IMG/VR virus record: IMGVR_UViG_3300042519_004024 | Span: 124,001 to 188,000 of that record | Direction: 5' to 3' (one strand) | DNA: 64,000 nucleotides | Part shown: positions 41,101-48,844 of the stretch, piece by piece | Numbering within the stretch: the stretch's first letter is position 1 | Layout of the letters: every line of letters starts with the position of its first letter | The notes under the pieces: model-generated | The model's database searches: none | The model's input: the letters and a program-made list of their open reading frames with translations, nothing else | What the model was told of the DNA's origin: nothing | Position numbers and translations under genes: made by a program

Positions 41101-42105
41101 ATCATTTAGTTGGGTGAAGTCCCCCTTTTTTTCTGCGTCTTTTTGTAGTTTAGAAGTATATCCATCTACTCTTTGTTTAAATTCGTCTATTGATAATTGT
41201 GGGAAATTTTGTGGTATTAACCCTTTTCTTTTATATATCTCATAAACCTCATCTAATTTTTGTCTGCCCTTATATGTGTTTATTGTTTGTACAGTACTGT
41301 TATTATTATTCTTATAGGTTATTTCAGTGTTATACATTTTAGGTGCCGTAACAGCATATTGTAAAGGAGTATCAAATAAAAGTGCCGTAAATTTACCGAC
41401 AAGTTTTAAACTTATATCATAATTTCCTGTGTTAGCATCAAATCTAGCATTAAAAGATAATAAAGACAAACGATATCTAATCGCCTTCCCGTAATAACCT
41501 TTTAATGTTAAATAAAATAAAGGGTATGGAAAATTAAAAAATGCAGAGTATATTGAATTTTCCCCCTGTTCAAATAAAGCCCTCCCTTGAATATCAGTCA
41601 TTTCAATATTAACTTCAGGTACTCCAGTTCCTTTTATATTAACTCTTATTGACTTAATACCTAACATTTGGGTATCTTCGTACTTAGCGACAGAGTTTTT
41701 AAATCTAGGTTTACCGTCTATTGTTACTATTTCTTCGGTTTTTTGATTTGCACCTTTACCTAATCTTGATTCAAACCCCGTTAGTTGATCCGACCAACTC
41801 GTATCAAATGCGGTTTTACCTTTTGGCTTTAAAAAGTTAATTTTTAAATCTTCTTCACCACCAAAAACAGTCGCTATGGTGGTATTGACAACGGGAGAGT
41901 CAAAAGTCTCACCAATAGCCAATTTTGTTCTTGGTATAATAAATGTTTCTAAATTTGCATAATAAACCAAGTCTTCGTGATCTACAAGTCTTGGTGCTCG
42001 TAAATTATTTGCGTCGTAAATCTCATTAGGGTTTACAACGATAATGTTATCATACTCAGTTTCGACGTATATTTTTTTTGTTTGTTTTAATCTCTTATCT
42101 GCCAT
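35143..42105 (-). CDS. Giant baseplate hub-like protein (gp27/GpD-like C-terminal motif); likely start 42105 (MADKRLK), not 42156
   Basis: C-terminal region SCGVESMGNAMIQPTMYF..VPLFYGPYWIYEVDHNISENGFTTKFKGTR fits the hub G.Y.I..V.H.I...F.T motif; ATG at 42105 overlaps the stop of the upstream LysM-like gene. Confidence 0.55.
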   Translation of the reverse strand: MADKRLKQTKKIYVETEYDNIIVVNPNEIYDANNLRAPRLVDHEDLVYYANLETFIIPRTKLAIGETFDSPVVNTTIATVFGGEEDLKINFLKPKGKTAFDTSWSDQLTGFESRLGKGANQKTEEIVTIDGKPRFKNSVAKYEDTQMLGIKSIRVNIKGTGVPEVNIEMTDIQGRALFEQGENSIYSAFFNFPYPLFYLTLKGYYGKAIRYRLSLLSFNARFDANTGNYDISLKLVGKFTALLFDTPLQYAVTAPKMYNTEITYKNNNNSTVQTINTYKGRQKLDEVYEIYKRKGLIPQNFPQLSIDEFKQRVDGYTSKLQKDAEKKGDFTQLNDIQDYRDSLAGLRKSVYTNSLDKFLDKSSFYVSGNQKLIYYPFKKDIQDQTKEDYKTKINERITYYIKKLNDNATFGKGGKREIPLKIKDKSDVLKKLDFESWINNDEDLKNTFFYRFNKPVDLSTENGIKEFEKFKLDEDKNKLLKEKVLNEKGEWVEDNVTYFVFGDKIVADSTYVPNSFLDDIDDAEKSLQTNEEEIENILSQVLADRALKNPSEGGLGFKPTIRNVFAIIFAGADAFYRLMEEVHESAWDVRNDPSRLLAVIPPEKNFSVDALRTLQTSSGELNKDNVVYPWPLYFVKEKQKDGREVYTIQYPGDAKVIQQTKGYDYRLWPEIGFVEAYLKGTTETSKPVSSNVYNNPSDYSKYVSANAIEFPFKTTPYQDLGAIPFFYELFERTYLSSFYTKFINDEISKKQIDKFYGNIESKNIENSVGNSIELNQILKNYKFDYNSFIAYLKKISNDGNGESWQTYIRSKYKTEYIDNLLKTTNDIYSIDTISNRSIKISSDLELANNLKEYLESTESSKMNFLDTYPFTDINWISGNTSNGNTVSSLEQFNDTTKTFIYLDDKKTIARINETEKYQKLSLLSDFRILETANQPYVSTLNAPINNQLILKSFYQDRKIKDFYPTESYINYGNSYSGNVGTQIQTTSLLNTPYFVNALIKGVEDNKTNTDNAFTTLGYLYLNSLPLITTKEKIKSIDNGSYTDLDYLASTLKKYSSIHQVPYAWVLKYGSIWYRYKKFVNDGVDILDSVWKNFDYIGAYDPATSASTLQYIIPDYSGNNQTVLLQKTENFPLPSLQSKDYIGTGFYPKVINAVYNFIEGKDLLTGYTTTNFQNIYNQNNFRLGKNNQSNTYLNFGFDTSNPNRSLQKTNYYSYAELSATTQQFMMLFPSMGGIPIDQSIYESVNPNNILTKELFNNKSVYNGSVRSLWASSHFGYFDNSLIVKPAPTQYLKAIKLNTDEQTPFDLKSAQSEYSSIEEIFAIFTPEILDKFEEQFIGFCNYKPLSKNLILKDEIIDPSYTSSNKIANSAQKRLYSQILNLFLVNKTGITFVNEDVDGKTLGQKQILTFTSSLKEFLNFDCVLKLGNPGNFDRRLFNSFSNLKEFVPEFDKYEFKPYVKGTLPGDGTNVTLLQSVTQNQDAWNTLRTYLGFSSIAGVDYPGQPSPVFPSTPPTATPLATTVVPPTSTTNVTIPPSTHYTFQSCCNSNEIFNVVIPNNVISNVVGTGTTYLEGEVYYLEVEEFNIPNGVQFCARKIANTSTFNPVNQNQSANAIKTYTLDFDDDNYVGEPNAAVVCVTNEILTSNCLQQPQPQQTQTVQQQLPVTQPQTTIPLPGTPKSTVADFFIDNDIEFTSDNIILTYPLIRLYSQKKLEDSNLNKQTFTTLINQYLTDQKSIQEKILNQTFLNLNKNLSNITVNNNTTNAVTGDVGKLTLYNTLKAFNDKWIAGSDLKYVTLFEDFLFMDRANSDIGDTYVVDIDKVIKRMDTTNNPDMNLMTLVSNILGDNQFMFFPMPAYINFYGIQSAVKNGQPIDIEIPNSMFGTYLEVDYTKSSPKFLCLYMGNPSEYPKPKENSFIRFDDDSFDLRMPDNPLRISDPNRDYSKTNKVVGFSVDFGIQNQNMFKNLDLDMSEMKNTSESFKVFADIGGSVSGDKVAQQSVSMYSIYKSRSYSCGVESMGNAMIQPTMYFVLRHVPLFYGPYWIYEVDHNISENGFTTKFKGTRIPKYSLPNVDNLLINVNQKILQSYKEKIKKTKTDEEIKKETLVNTDPTITVTKTGLDKCREITKYTTLPFVEVKRTPFSLEEIIPIIKSVTNDSRLRTLLLGIALTRPLNSYDPVTTELNSINNNFYEISTETKHNGSLDTYLKEQTCVDVAGTSRVFASFTENTTSSSFMVSFYQSMVPLIESLKTINPDTNEYKQYGKALSQLYLTTWDTPVAFGPPPLTAEEIKNEVVNNVSSGVINTYNDYVVVFTEYYEYFVLNPN

Positions 42106-42412
42106 AATAAAAAATATGTGTATCCAATGCAGATTTGTAGTCTTGCAGTGCCGCAACTAGCGGAAAAGGTATAACTAATATTGTTCCATCAGGTATATTT
42201 GTTTCCAAACCACCATAAAGCGGATTTGCCATCATAATTAACCAACCAAAATAAGGTGCTCCGTATTTTTCATAACTTATCTTATCCAATCTACTTTGAT
42301 TTTTTCTATACACATATCTTTGATCCGAAGACCTTAGTGGTAAGTTTAAGAATGGTACTACCGTTTGTTTACCATTTATTAAAAAGTTTTGGTATCTATC
42401 GTAATATTGCAT
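42095..42412 (-). CDS. LysM-like baseplate protein (T4 gp53/tail X-like)
   Basis: SRLDKISYEKYGAPYFGWLIMMANP...IPDGTILVIP. Confidence 0.75.
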   Translation of the reverse strand: MQYYDRYQNFLINGKQTVVPFLNLPLRSSDQRYVYRKNQSRLDKISYEKYGAPYFGWLIMMANPLYGGLETNIPDGTILVIPFPLVAALQDYKSALDTHIFYYGR

Positions 42413-42414
42413 TA

Positions 42415-45400
42415 TTAATTAAATGTTTTTTTCAAATTAAATTTATTCCATCCTGAATTTTGATCTGACCACAGTTCTTTTAAGTTGTTATCATTTGGTG
42501 GTATGATTGGACTTTGTGTTTCATAATTAAGTATTCTAGTTTTACTTTTATTATATGGATTATATGTGTTATATTTGTTTTTATAAAAATTGTCATTAAA
42601 ACTTTTAAATCTATCATCCACAATTTTCTTTGATTTGTTATAACTATCTACTAACCCTTCGTCTTTTACATAGAACGATTCGCCAAAATAAAATTTCCAA
42701 TTTTCTTTAACTTGTGTATCTTCATTTTTTAATGCCTCGTCAACAATGCTATTACTAAACCCTTCGGCATCAATCGCAATATCTTTACCAAATAACATGA
42801 AAAATCTATTTTCGGCGGGTGATGTAAGTGAAGGGTCACTTTCAATGTATGTATTAAACACAAATTGATCGTTATACTCATCTGTAGTTCCTGAGGCTAT
42901 TATTTTATCTTGATAAAGTTTATCATAATATTCATTTAAGTCTGAACGTACTTTAAGAAAGTCTTGTACTAATTCTGAATATGTATCCGTTACACCAACA
43001 CTTGATGGGTCAACCCCAGTCCCTCCGCTTAAACTATATATAACGACATCACCATTTTTAGCGATGTAACCATCATTTTTACTTGTTACAAAATTTAACT
43101 TATCTATTGTAAAAATTAATTTAAGTTCTTCGTTTGCAATAGTTGAGTTACAATTTTCAAGTAACGCTAACATGTCGTTACCTTTTTTTTCAATTAAATC
43201 TTTAATTCGTTTTTTAATTTTTCTAATGTTTGCGTCCGTAAAATTTTGGTATTGTACTTCAGGTAATAATGGACAACTCCCGTCGTCAACATCTTTTTTC
43301 GCCTTTTCTACTAACAATTTAATTTTATCTTGTATCGTATCTGTCTTACCGTAAATGTTAGCATTATTAGATGTGTTACCGGTTAAGTAATCAAATAAAC
43401 CTTCAGTATATTTTCTATCTTTAGTAGACATTAAAAGTCCCCCTAATAAGAAATTGTCGTTTATTTTTTGTAAATTACTTATAACGGTATCCGCATATGA
43501 TTTTGTACCATCAGCCAATGTTTTCATTATTTCTTCATATGAAATAGTACCATAAGCCTTTTGAGTATTTAAATCATAACTATTAGTTTTTATAAGCCCT
43601 ATAGTATCTCCAGCATCATTTGTTCTTTGTTTATTTGGATCGTCTTGTATACCAAGTTGGTTTTTAATGTCCGCTAAAATTTCTGCATCGTACTGTGATG
43701 TAACATCTTCAGTTACATCTGCCCTTTCATCATACATTTCAGTATTTGCATAAAAATTAAATGAAAGCGCATTTTGTAATTTAGCAACAGGTCCCGCTAA
43801 TCCATGTCCACCAATAAAATTAAATGAAATACTTACATCAGCAATCATTGGTTGAACTCCAATACCTTCAGGGTTAAGGTCAAACCTACCATCTTCGTAT
43901 TTTATACTTAAAGAATCAATTACTATTTTTGTATGGAAAAAGTCACCGATTCTTAAAACACAAACAGGTGGTGCACCAAATACACTATTTGTTACATCAT
44001 TATACACTAACGTAAAGTTTTCCCCATCTTTAGAAACCGTAGGTATTGTATCGCCCGGACGCATACATTGTTGTAAAAACGTTAGTCTAGAATTTAAACC
44101 TTCAGGTGTTATAGAGTGGAAAACAGGATGAAAATGTTTTAATTTACTTTTTAACCCGTCGTATATCATAGGGTCACTTTGTTTAACTAATTCAAAATAG
44201 TTACATTCTGTTAATAATTTTCTTGCAAGTCTTTTTGTTAAATCTGATCTCACTACTGTGGTTTTTTTAACTATAGGGTCTTGTTTTTGTCTTATTGTTG
44301 TATAACCAGCGGGATCAGCTTTAATTGTTTCACCATTAGCTGTGGTTGTTGTTTCACTTCCTGGGTTTTCTTCAGGTTCTGTAAACGTTCTACCCTCTAA
44401 TGGTTGTGATTCCTCACTACTTGGTGGCGGGGTGTCTATAGTTTCTGCAGGAGGAGCTTCGTGTTTAACGTCTAAAATTCTTACTCTTCTACAAGCCATA
44501 GCATTAACCGACACAGTTCCCTCATTACTATTACTCTTATACTCTTTATTACAATTAATAAATTTATATTTTGGATCCAAAATACTTGTAGTTTCACCTT
44601 TAGGTTCTTGTTTTACTAATAAATTTTTATTATATTCATTTTTTAATTTTACGCCGTCGTACTCAAAATTTAAAATATATTGTAGAGCAGCATCAATTCT
44701 TCTTTTTGAAAGGGTGACGTTATACGCATCATCAGTAACTGCAGAAGCTGAAGATAATAGTGTGAATGATATTTTACCTCCCTGTTTTATTGCAATACAA
44801 ACTTGGGTTAAAAATGTTTTTATTTCTTCAAATTCAGATTTTATATAATTAAAAAATTCAGATATTGATTCATCTCTTGTGTCAATATAAGAATCTAAAT
44901 ATTTTTCTTTTAGCTCATCACTACCCGATAAAATAAAATTAGTATAGTCAACATATGTTCCGTCACCATATTTTATAATTTTATCTCTAGCACCTCCAAA
45001 GTTTCTTGTTCCGTCACTACCACCTGTTGTTAAATATTTTTCTTCTAAAGCTAAATAATCTGCCAACCATTTTTCATAAGATTTTGACGCATAAATTCTA
45101 GTCGTGTTAGGATCTGGAAAGTCATTATGGAAAAAGAATAACGGTTCTTTAAAATTATAATCCTCAACTTCCGGTGGTTCAGTAAACACTTTTCCTCCTG
45201 TACCTGTAGGTGTTGGTGTGGGTGTTGGTGATGTCGTTGGTGGTAGTGTTACCGGTGGAATAGTATCTTCATCAATAAAATTGTCTACAACCTCGTTAGG
45301 TAAATTCTCAACAACAGTCACCACATCTTCAGGATATATTATTTCTTCCATTACTTGGAACACGTCGTTTGGTGTAAACATTGGGTATTTTTTTACCAAA

Positions 45401-48400
45401 TCATATAAATCGTACTTGGTACATCCAGCAAAAAACGAATCTAAAACTTTAGTTATTTGTGAGTCGGGTGTTGCGTTTTCTAACTCCCTATCTAAAATAA
45501 CGTTCATTATTGACGGGTGATCAACAACTATTTTAAAACTTACGTTACCTTTTCTACTTGTATTGTTATATGTATAAATTGGTTCAGGTCTACCTAAAAA
45601 TGTATTATCTGTCCAATTGGTGTTAATGGATTCGTCAAAAGTTAAATCATATGGTGGAAACCACATTATTCTACCTCCATTAGGTCCTCTTTCACAATCA
45701 GGCAAATCTTCATAAGTATAACCAGGCCTATTAGATGTTCTCCATGATAAATTCTCTAAAGAGAACATATACTTTTTTACTTTTCCGTTTTGGATATTTG
45801 TTGATCCAGGATTTTGCCAAGGAGCAATATTCAAATTGTATGTGTTATCTAAAATTGAATTTGTGTATTTTCTAATATTACCGTCGGTTTTTTGTAATTC
45901 ATCAAATGAATAATATGGTCTATCTTTTGTGAAAACCCTACAGTACTCATATCCTGTTGGTGTTGCGGTTCTTTCTCCTTCAGGTAAAGATGTTTTTGTT
46001 GTATATCTAACAACTCTTGAACCTTTTGTTAATTCAATATATCCGTCATTAAAAACTTTAGACACTTGATTAATGGCGTTACCAACATGTTGTAATTTAT
46101 TATTAGAACGGTTACCGGCATCAATTAATTTTTGAGTTACGTCTAAAATTGAATTTTCAGTAAATTCATAATTAGTCGACTTTGTTGGGTCATATGTAGA
46201 ACTAAGATTTGAAAAATTAAATTCACTGTTGTCTTGAAATATCGATGCTCCTGGACCAGCAAAATCCCCCGGTATCATCCAATTTTGTCCACCTTTACCT
46301 GCCTTAGATAACCATGTGAATCCCGCTTGTACACCATTTAAACCATCAAAATATGATCTACTATTTAGCCCTGTGTATAAATTACTAATTTTAGTTCCTT
46401 CATATTCTTCACCAATTTTACCATAAGAAAAAACGGGACTTCTATCTGTTGCAACGCCTTTTATTTTACTTTCAGGTAATTCACCATCAGGTGAGACTAT
46501 TTCTGTGATTGATGATTTTCTATTTCCAATATAATATTTACCTTGTGGTGCTAATAAATTATTACCTATCTTATAATCAGGCCTAAAGTTATTAAGCCTT
46601 AACTGATCATATAATAAATCTCTTGTTGCTATAGATGTGTACTCAACAAATAATTCAGATGCAGTTTGGTTTTTAGGTTGTAACATTCTAAATACCCCTC
46701 CAATAGCACCACCAATAGCAGACAATGGATTATTAAATATTGCGGAACCTTTTTTATCGGGATAATCAAAATACTCACCAGGAATATATGAATATGGTGA
46801 GTATGTTCCTGCAAGTTTAGCGGCAAAATTAATTGCCTGCCCTAAAAATAAATCAGGATTTGTAATTGAATAATTTCTAGCAATGATTGGTACTTGTCCT
46901 GATAATAATCCTATCGCATTAAATGGGTCTAAATTTGGTTCTGCAGATATTTCTCCCGTATCAGGATTAACATTAGAATTTAAAATATTAACTCTACCTA
47001 ATGTTTGTTGTAGTAATTCTAAAGCAACTCTATGTTTAAATTCTTTTTGTAATTGTTTTGCTGCTAAATTAGCAAGAGAAGAATCTTGAGATAAAGTACC
47101 GTCTGAACCTGATGGGTCATTACTTAATAATATACTAACAGGACTATATGATGATGGTAAAAATATAAATGTATTGTCAGAATTAGCGTAAGGTAACCCT
47201 GTATTTGGTATTTCTAAATCGTCAATAGTTACAAGTTCAGGGTCACCATAAGTACCACTTCCTGTAACGTACTTATTTATTACATAAGCATCGTTTTCTT
47301 TTATTTCACTAATATTTTCTAAAGGACTATTAATACTATCAGGGTACCCATACTCACCTTCATTAGAATTTGTTTGTAAATTTTGGTTAATGTTTACCGA
47401 CCCGTTTACTATGTTTTGAGGACCATATTGATTAATAGCAATTAATAATGGTCTGTCATTAACACCTTCAGTATATAAATCACTATTAACTGTGTCAGCA
47501 TATGTATATTCACCTTCGTTTGAACCTATAGTTAAAATATTATTTATATCGTATCTCGGTTCACCGTATTGTACACTATTTTCAGGTGTATATTTATTTT
47601 TTGTTATTAGTTGTATTTCTTGGGAATTACCTATTTGGTATAGGAAACTATTCAAGGTGTCTCCAATATCATATAACCCACTACCATTTGTTTGTAGTGT
47701 TTGATCGTTGTTAATATACCAAACAGTGTTACCATAATCTAAAGGTGATCCAGGTTTGTATACGTTTCTTACTTTGTGTACAATTTCTTGATTATTACCT
47801 ATTTGGAATAAATTACTATTAAGTGTATCTCCAATATCATAAATCCCACTACCGTTAGTTTGTATTGTTTGATCATTGTTAATATACCAAACAGTGTTAC
47901 CATAATCTTGTGGGGATGCTGGTTTATAAATGTTTCTTACTTTATGTACAATTTCTTGACTATTACCTATTTGAAATAAAAAGCTGTTAAGGGTATCATC
48001 TATACCATAGATTCCTCCCCCCATACTTTGTATGTTTTGATCATTATTAATATACCAAACAGTGTTACCGTAATCTTCAGGTGTCGTTGGTTTGTATAAA
48101 TTTCTTACTTTATGGTAAACTTCTTGTGTATTTCCAATCTGATATAAGTAACTATTTAAAGTGTCGGTAATGGTATATTCACCATCACCCATAGTTAAAA
48201 TATTTTGATCGTTATTAATATACCAAACAGTACTACCAAAATCGCCTAACCCAAAAGGTTTATAAACGTTTCTTACTTTATGTATGACTTCTTGATCATC
48301 ACCTATCGTTTCTAATTTACTACCAATAGTTAATGGGTAACCATAATTACCTAAATTAGCATTACTAAGTAATGTATTATTAATTGTAACCGTTTCACCA

Positions 48401-48804
48401 TAGTTTGTTCCTAAACCAATAGGTCCATAAAGATTTTTTACATAAAGAAGAGTTTCTTGATTATCACCAATTCTTTCTAAATCACTACCTAAACTGTCAG
48501 GATATCCATATTCACCTTCATTAGTTTTTGTTCCTAAATCTAAATTAATTAATACCATGTCACCATAGTATGTTTTATTTTCGGGTGTATATTGGTTTTT
48601 TGTGTATAATGTTTTTTCTTGAATGTCACCAACAACTTCTATTTTTGGTGAATCTATTATTGCGTAGTCCAATATTAAGAAGTCATTAACCCCAGGTACA
48701 TCTCCTGTTGAAAATGCATTTTCTACTTTATATGGTGGTAAATTTCTTAAAAGTAGTTTCTTTCTGAAATTTTCACTTGAATTGAATGATAAAGGACTCT
48801 CCAT
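42415..48804 (-). CDS. Giant tail-tube-initiator/baseplate protein (gp48/gp54-like domains) with N-terminal 56-aa repeats and an OmpA-like domain
   Basis: IMWFPPYDLTFDESINTNWTDNTFLGRPEPIYTYNNTSRKG and PPVCVLRIGDFFHTKIVIDSLSIKYE...PMIADVSISF tube-like motifs; position right after the tape measure. Confidence 0.55.
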   Translation of the reverse strand: MESPLSFNSSENFRKKLLLRNLPPYKVENAFSTGDVPGVNDFLILDYAIIDSPKIEVVGDIQEKTLYTKNQYTPENKTYYGDMVLINLDLGTKTNEGEYGYPDSLGSDLERIGDNQETLLYVKNLYGPIGLGTNYGETVTINNTLLSNANLGNYGYPLTIGSKLETIGDDQEVIHKVRNVYKPFGLGDFGSTVWYINNDQNILTMGDGEYTITDTLNSYLYQIGNTQEVYHKVRNLYKPTTPEDYGNTVWYINNDQNIQSMGGGIYGIDDTLNSFLFQIGNSQEIVHKVRNIYKPASPQDYGNTVWYINNDQTIQTNGSGIYDIGDTLNSNLFQIGNNQEIVHKVRNVYKPGSPLDYGNTVWYINNDQTLQTNGSGLYDIGDTLNSFLYQIGNSQEIQLITKNKYTPENSVQYGEPRYDINNILTIGSNEGEYTYADTVNSDLYTEGVNDRPLLIAINQYGPQNIVNGSVNINQNLQTNSNEGEYGYPDSINSPLENISEIKENDAYVINKYVTGSGTYGDPELVTIDDLEIPNTGLPYANSDNTFIFLPSSYSPVSILLSNDPSGSDGTLSQDSSLANLAAKQLQKEFKHRVALELLQQTLGRVNILNSNVNPDTGEISAEPNLDPFNAIGLLSGQVPIIARNYSITNPDLFLGQAINFAAKLAGTYSPYSYIPGEYFDYPDKKGSAIFNNPLSAIGGAIGGVFRMLQPKNQTASELFVEYTSIATRDLLYDQLRLNNFRPDYKIGNNLLAPQGKYYIGNRKSSITEIVSPDGELPESKIKGVATDRSPVFSYGKIGEEYEGTKISNLYTGLNSRSYFDGLNGVQAGFTWLSKAGKGGQNWMIPGDFAGPGASIFQDNSEFNFSNLSSTYDPTKSTNYEFTENSILDVTQKLIDAGNRSNNKLQHVGNAINQVSKVFNDGYIELTKGSRVVRYTTKTSLPEGERTATPTGYEYCRVFTKDRPYYSFDELQKTDGNIRKYTNSILDNTYNLNIAPWQNPGSTNIQNGKVKKYMFSLENLSWRTSNRPGYTYEDLPDCERGPNGGRIMWFPPYDLTFDESINTNWTDNTFLGRPEPIYTYNNTSRKGNVSFKIVVDHPSIMNVILDRELENATPDSQITKVLDSFFAGCTKYDLYDLVKKYPMFTPNDVFQVMEEIIYPEDVVTVVENLPNEVVDNFIDEDTIPPVTLPPTTSPTPTPTPTGTGGKVFTEPPEVEDYNFKEPLFFFHNDFPDPNTTRIYASKSYEKWLADYLALEEKYLTTGGSDGTRNFGGARDKIIKYGDGTYVDYTNFILSGSDELKEKYLDSYIDTRDESISEFFNYIKSEFEEIKTFLTQVCIAIKQGGKISFTLLSSASAVTDDAYNVTLSKRRIDAALQYILNFEYDGVKLKNEYNKNLLVKQEPKGETTSILDPKYKFINCNKEYKSNSNEGTVSVNAMACRRVRILDVKHEAPPAETIDTPPPSSEESQPLEGRTFTEPEENPGSETTTTANGETIKADPAGYTTIRQKQDPIVKKTTVVRSDLTKRLARKLLTECNYFELVKQSDPMIYDGLKSKLKHFHPVFHSITPEGLNSRLTFLQQCMRPGDTIPTVSKDGENFTLVYNDVTNSVFGAPPVCVLRIGDFFHTKIVIDSLSIKYEDGRFDLNPEGIGVQPMIADVSISFNFIGGHGLAGPVAKLQNALSFNFYANTEMYDERADVTEDVTSQYDAEILADIKNQLGIQDDPNKQRTNDAGDTIGLIKTNSYDLNTQKAYGTISYEEIMKTLADGTKSYADTVISNLQKINDNFLLGGLLMSTKDRKYTEGLFDYLTGNTSNNANIYGKTDTIQDKIKLLVEKAKKDVDDGSCPLLPEVQYQNFTDANIRKIKKRIKDLIEKKGNDMLALLENCNSTIANEELKLIFTIDKLNFVTSKNDGYIAKNGDVVIYSLSGGTGVDPSSVGVTDTYSELVQDFLKVRSDLNEYYDKLYQDKIIASGTTDEYNDQFVFNTYIESDPSLTSPAENRFFMLFGKDIAIDAEGFSNSIVDEALKNEDTQVKENWKFYFGESFYVKDEGLVDSYNKSKKIVDDRFKSFNDNFYKNKYNTYNPYNKSKTRILNYETQSPIIPPNDNNLKELWSDQNSGWNKFNLKKTFN
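44465..45150 (-). other. OmpA-like peptidoglycan-binding domain within the 2129-aa protein
   Basis: FFFHNDFPDP...SSASAVTDDAYNVTLSKRRIDAALQYI...KGET...ACRRVRI. Confidence 0.65.
47230..48640 (-). repeat. About 9 tandem 52-56 aa coding repeats; core copies have an exact 168-bp period
   Basis: ttaatataccaaacagt starts at 47711, 47879, 48047 and 48215; consensus QIGNxQExxHKVRNxYKPxxPxDYGNTVWYINNDQ. Confidence 0.9.
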
Positions 48805-48819
48805 TTAGTCTATTTTATT

Positions 48820-48827
48820 TATAAATA
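48820..48827 (-). promoter_or_regulatory. TATTTATA putative late-promoter motif
   Basis: 15 nt upstream of the ATG at 48804. Confidence 0.55.
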
Positions 48828-48844
48828 GATAAATTTTTATTTTT

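Noticed and set aside
47620-48310. 168-bp periodic repeat as a CRISPR array
   Set aside because: The period is a multiple of 3, lies inside an open frame with synonymous variation, and the inter-repeat segments are homologous rather than unique spacers.
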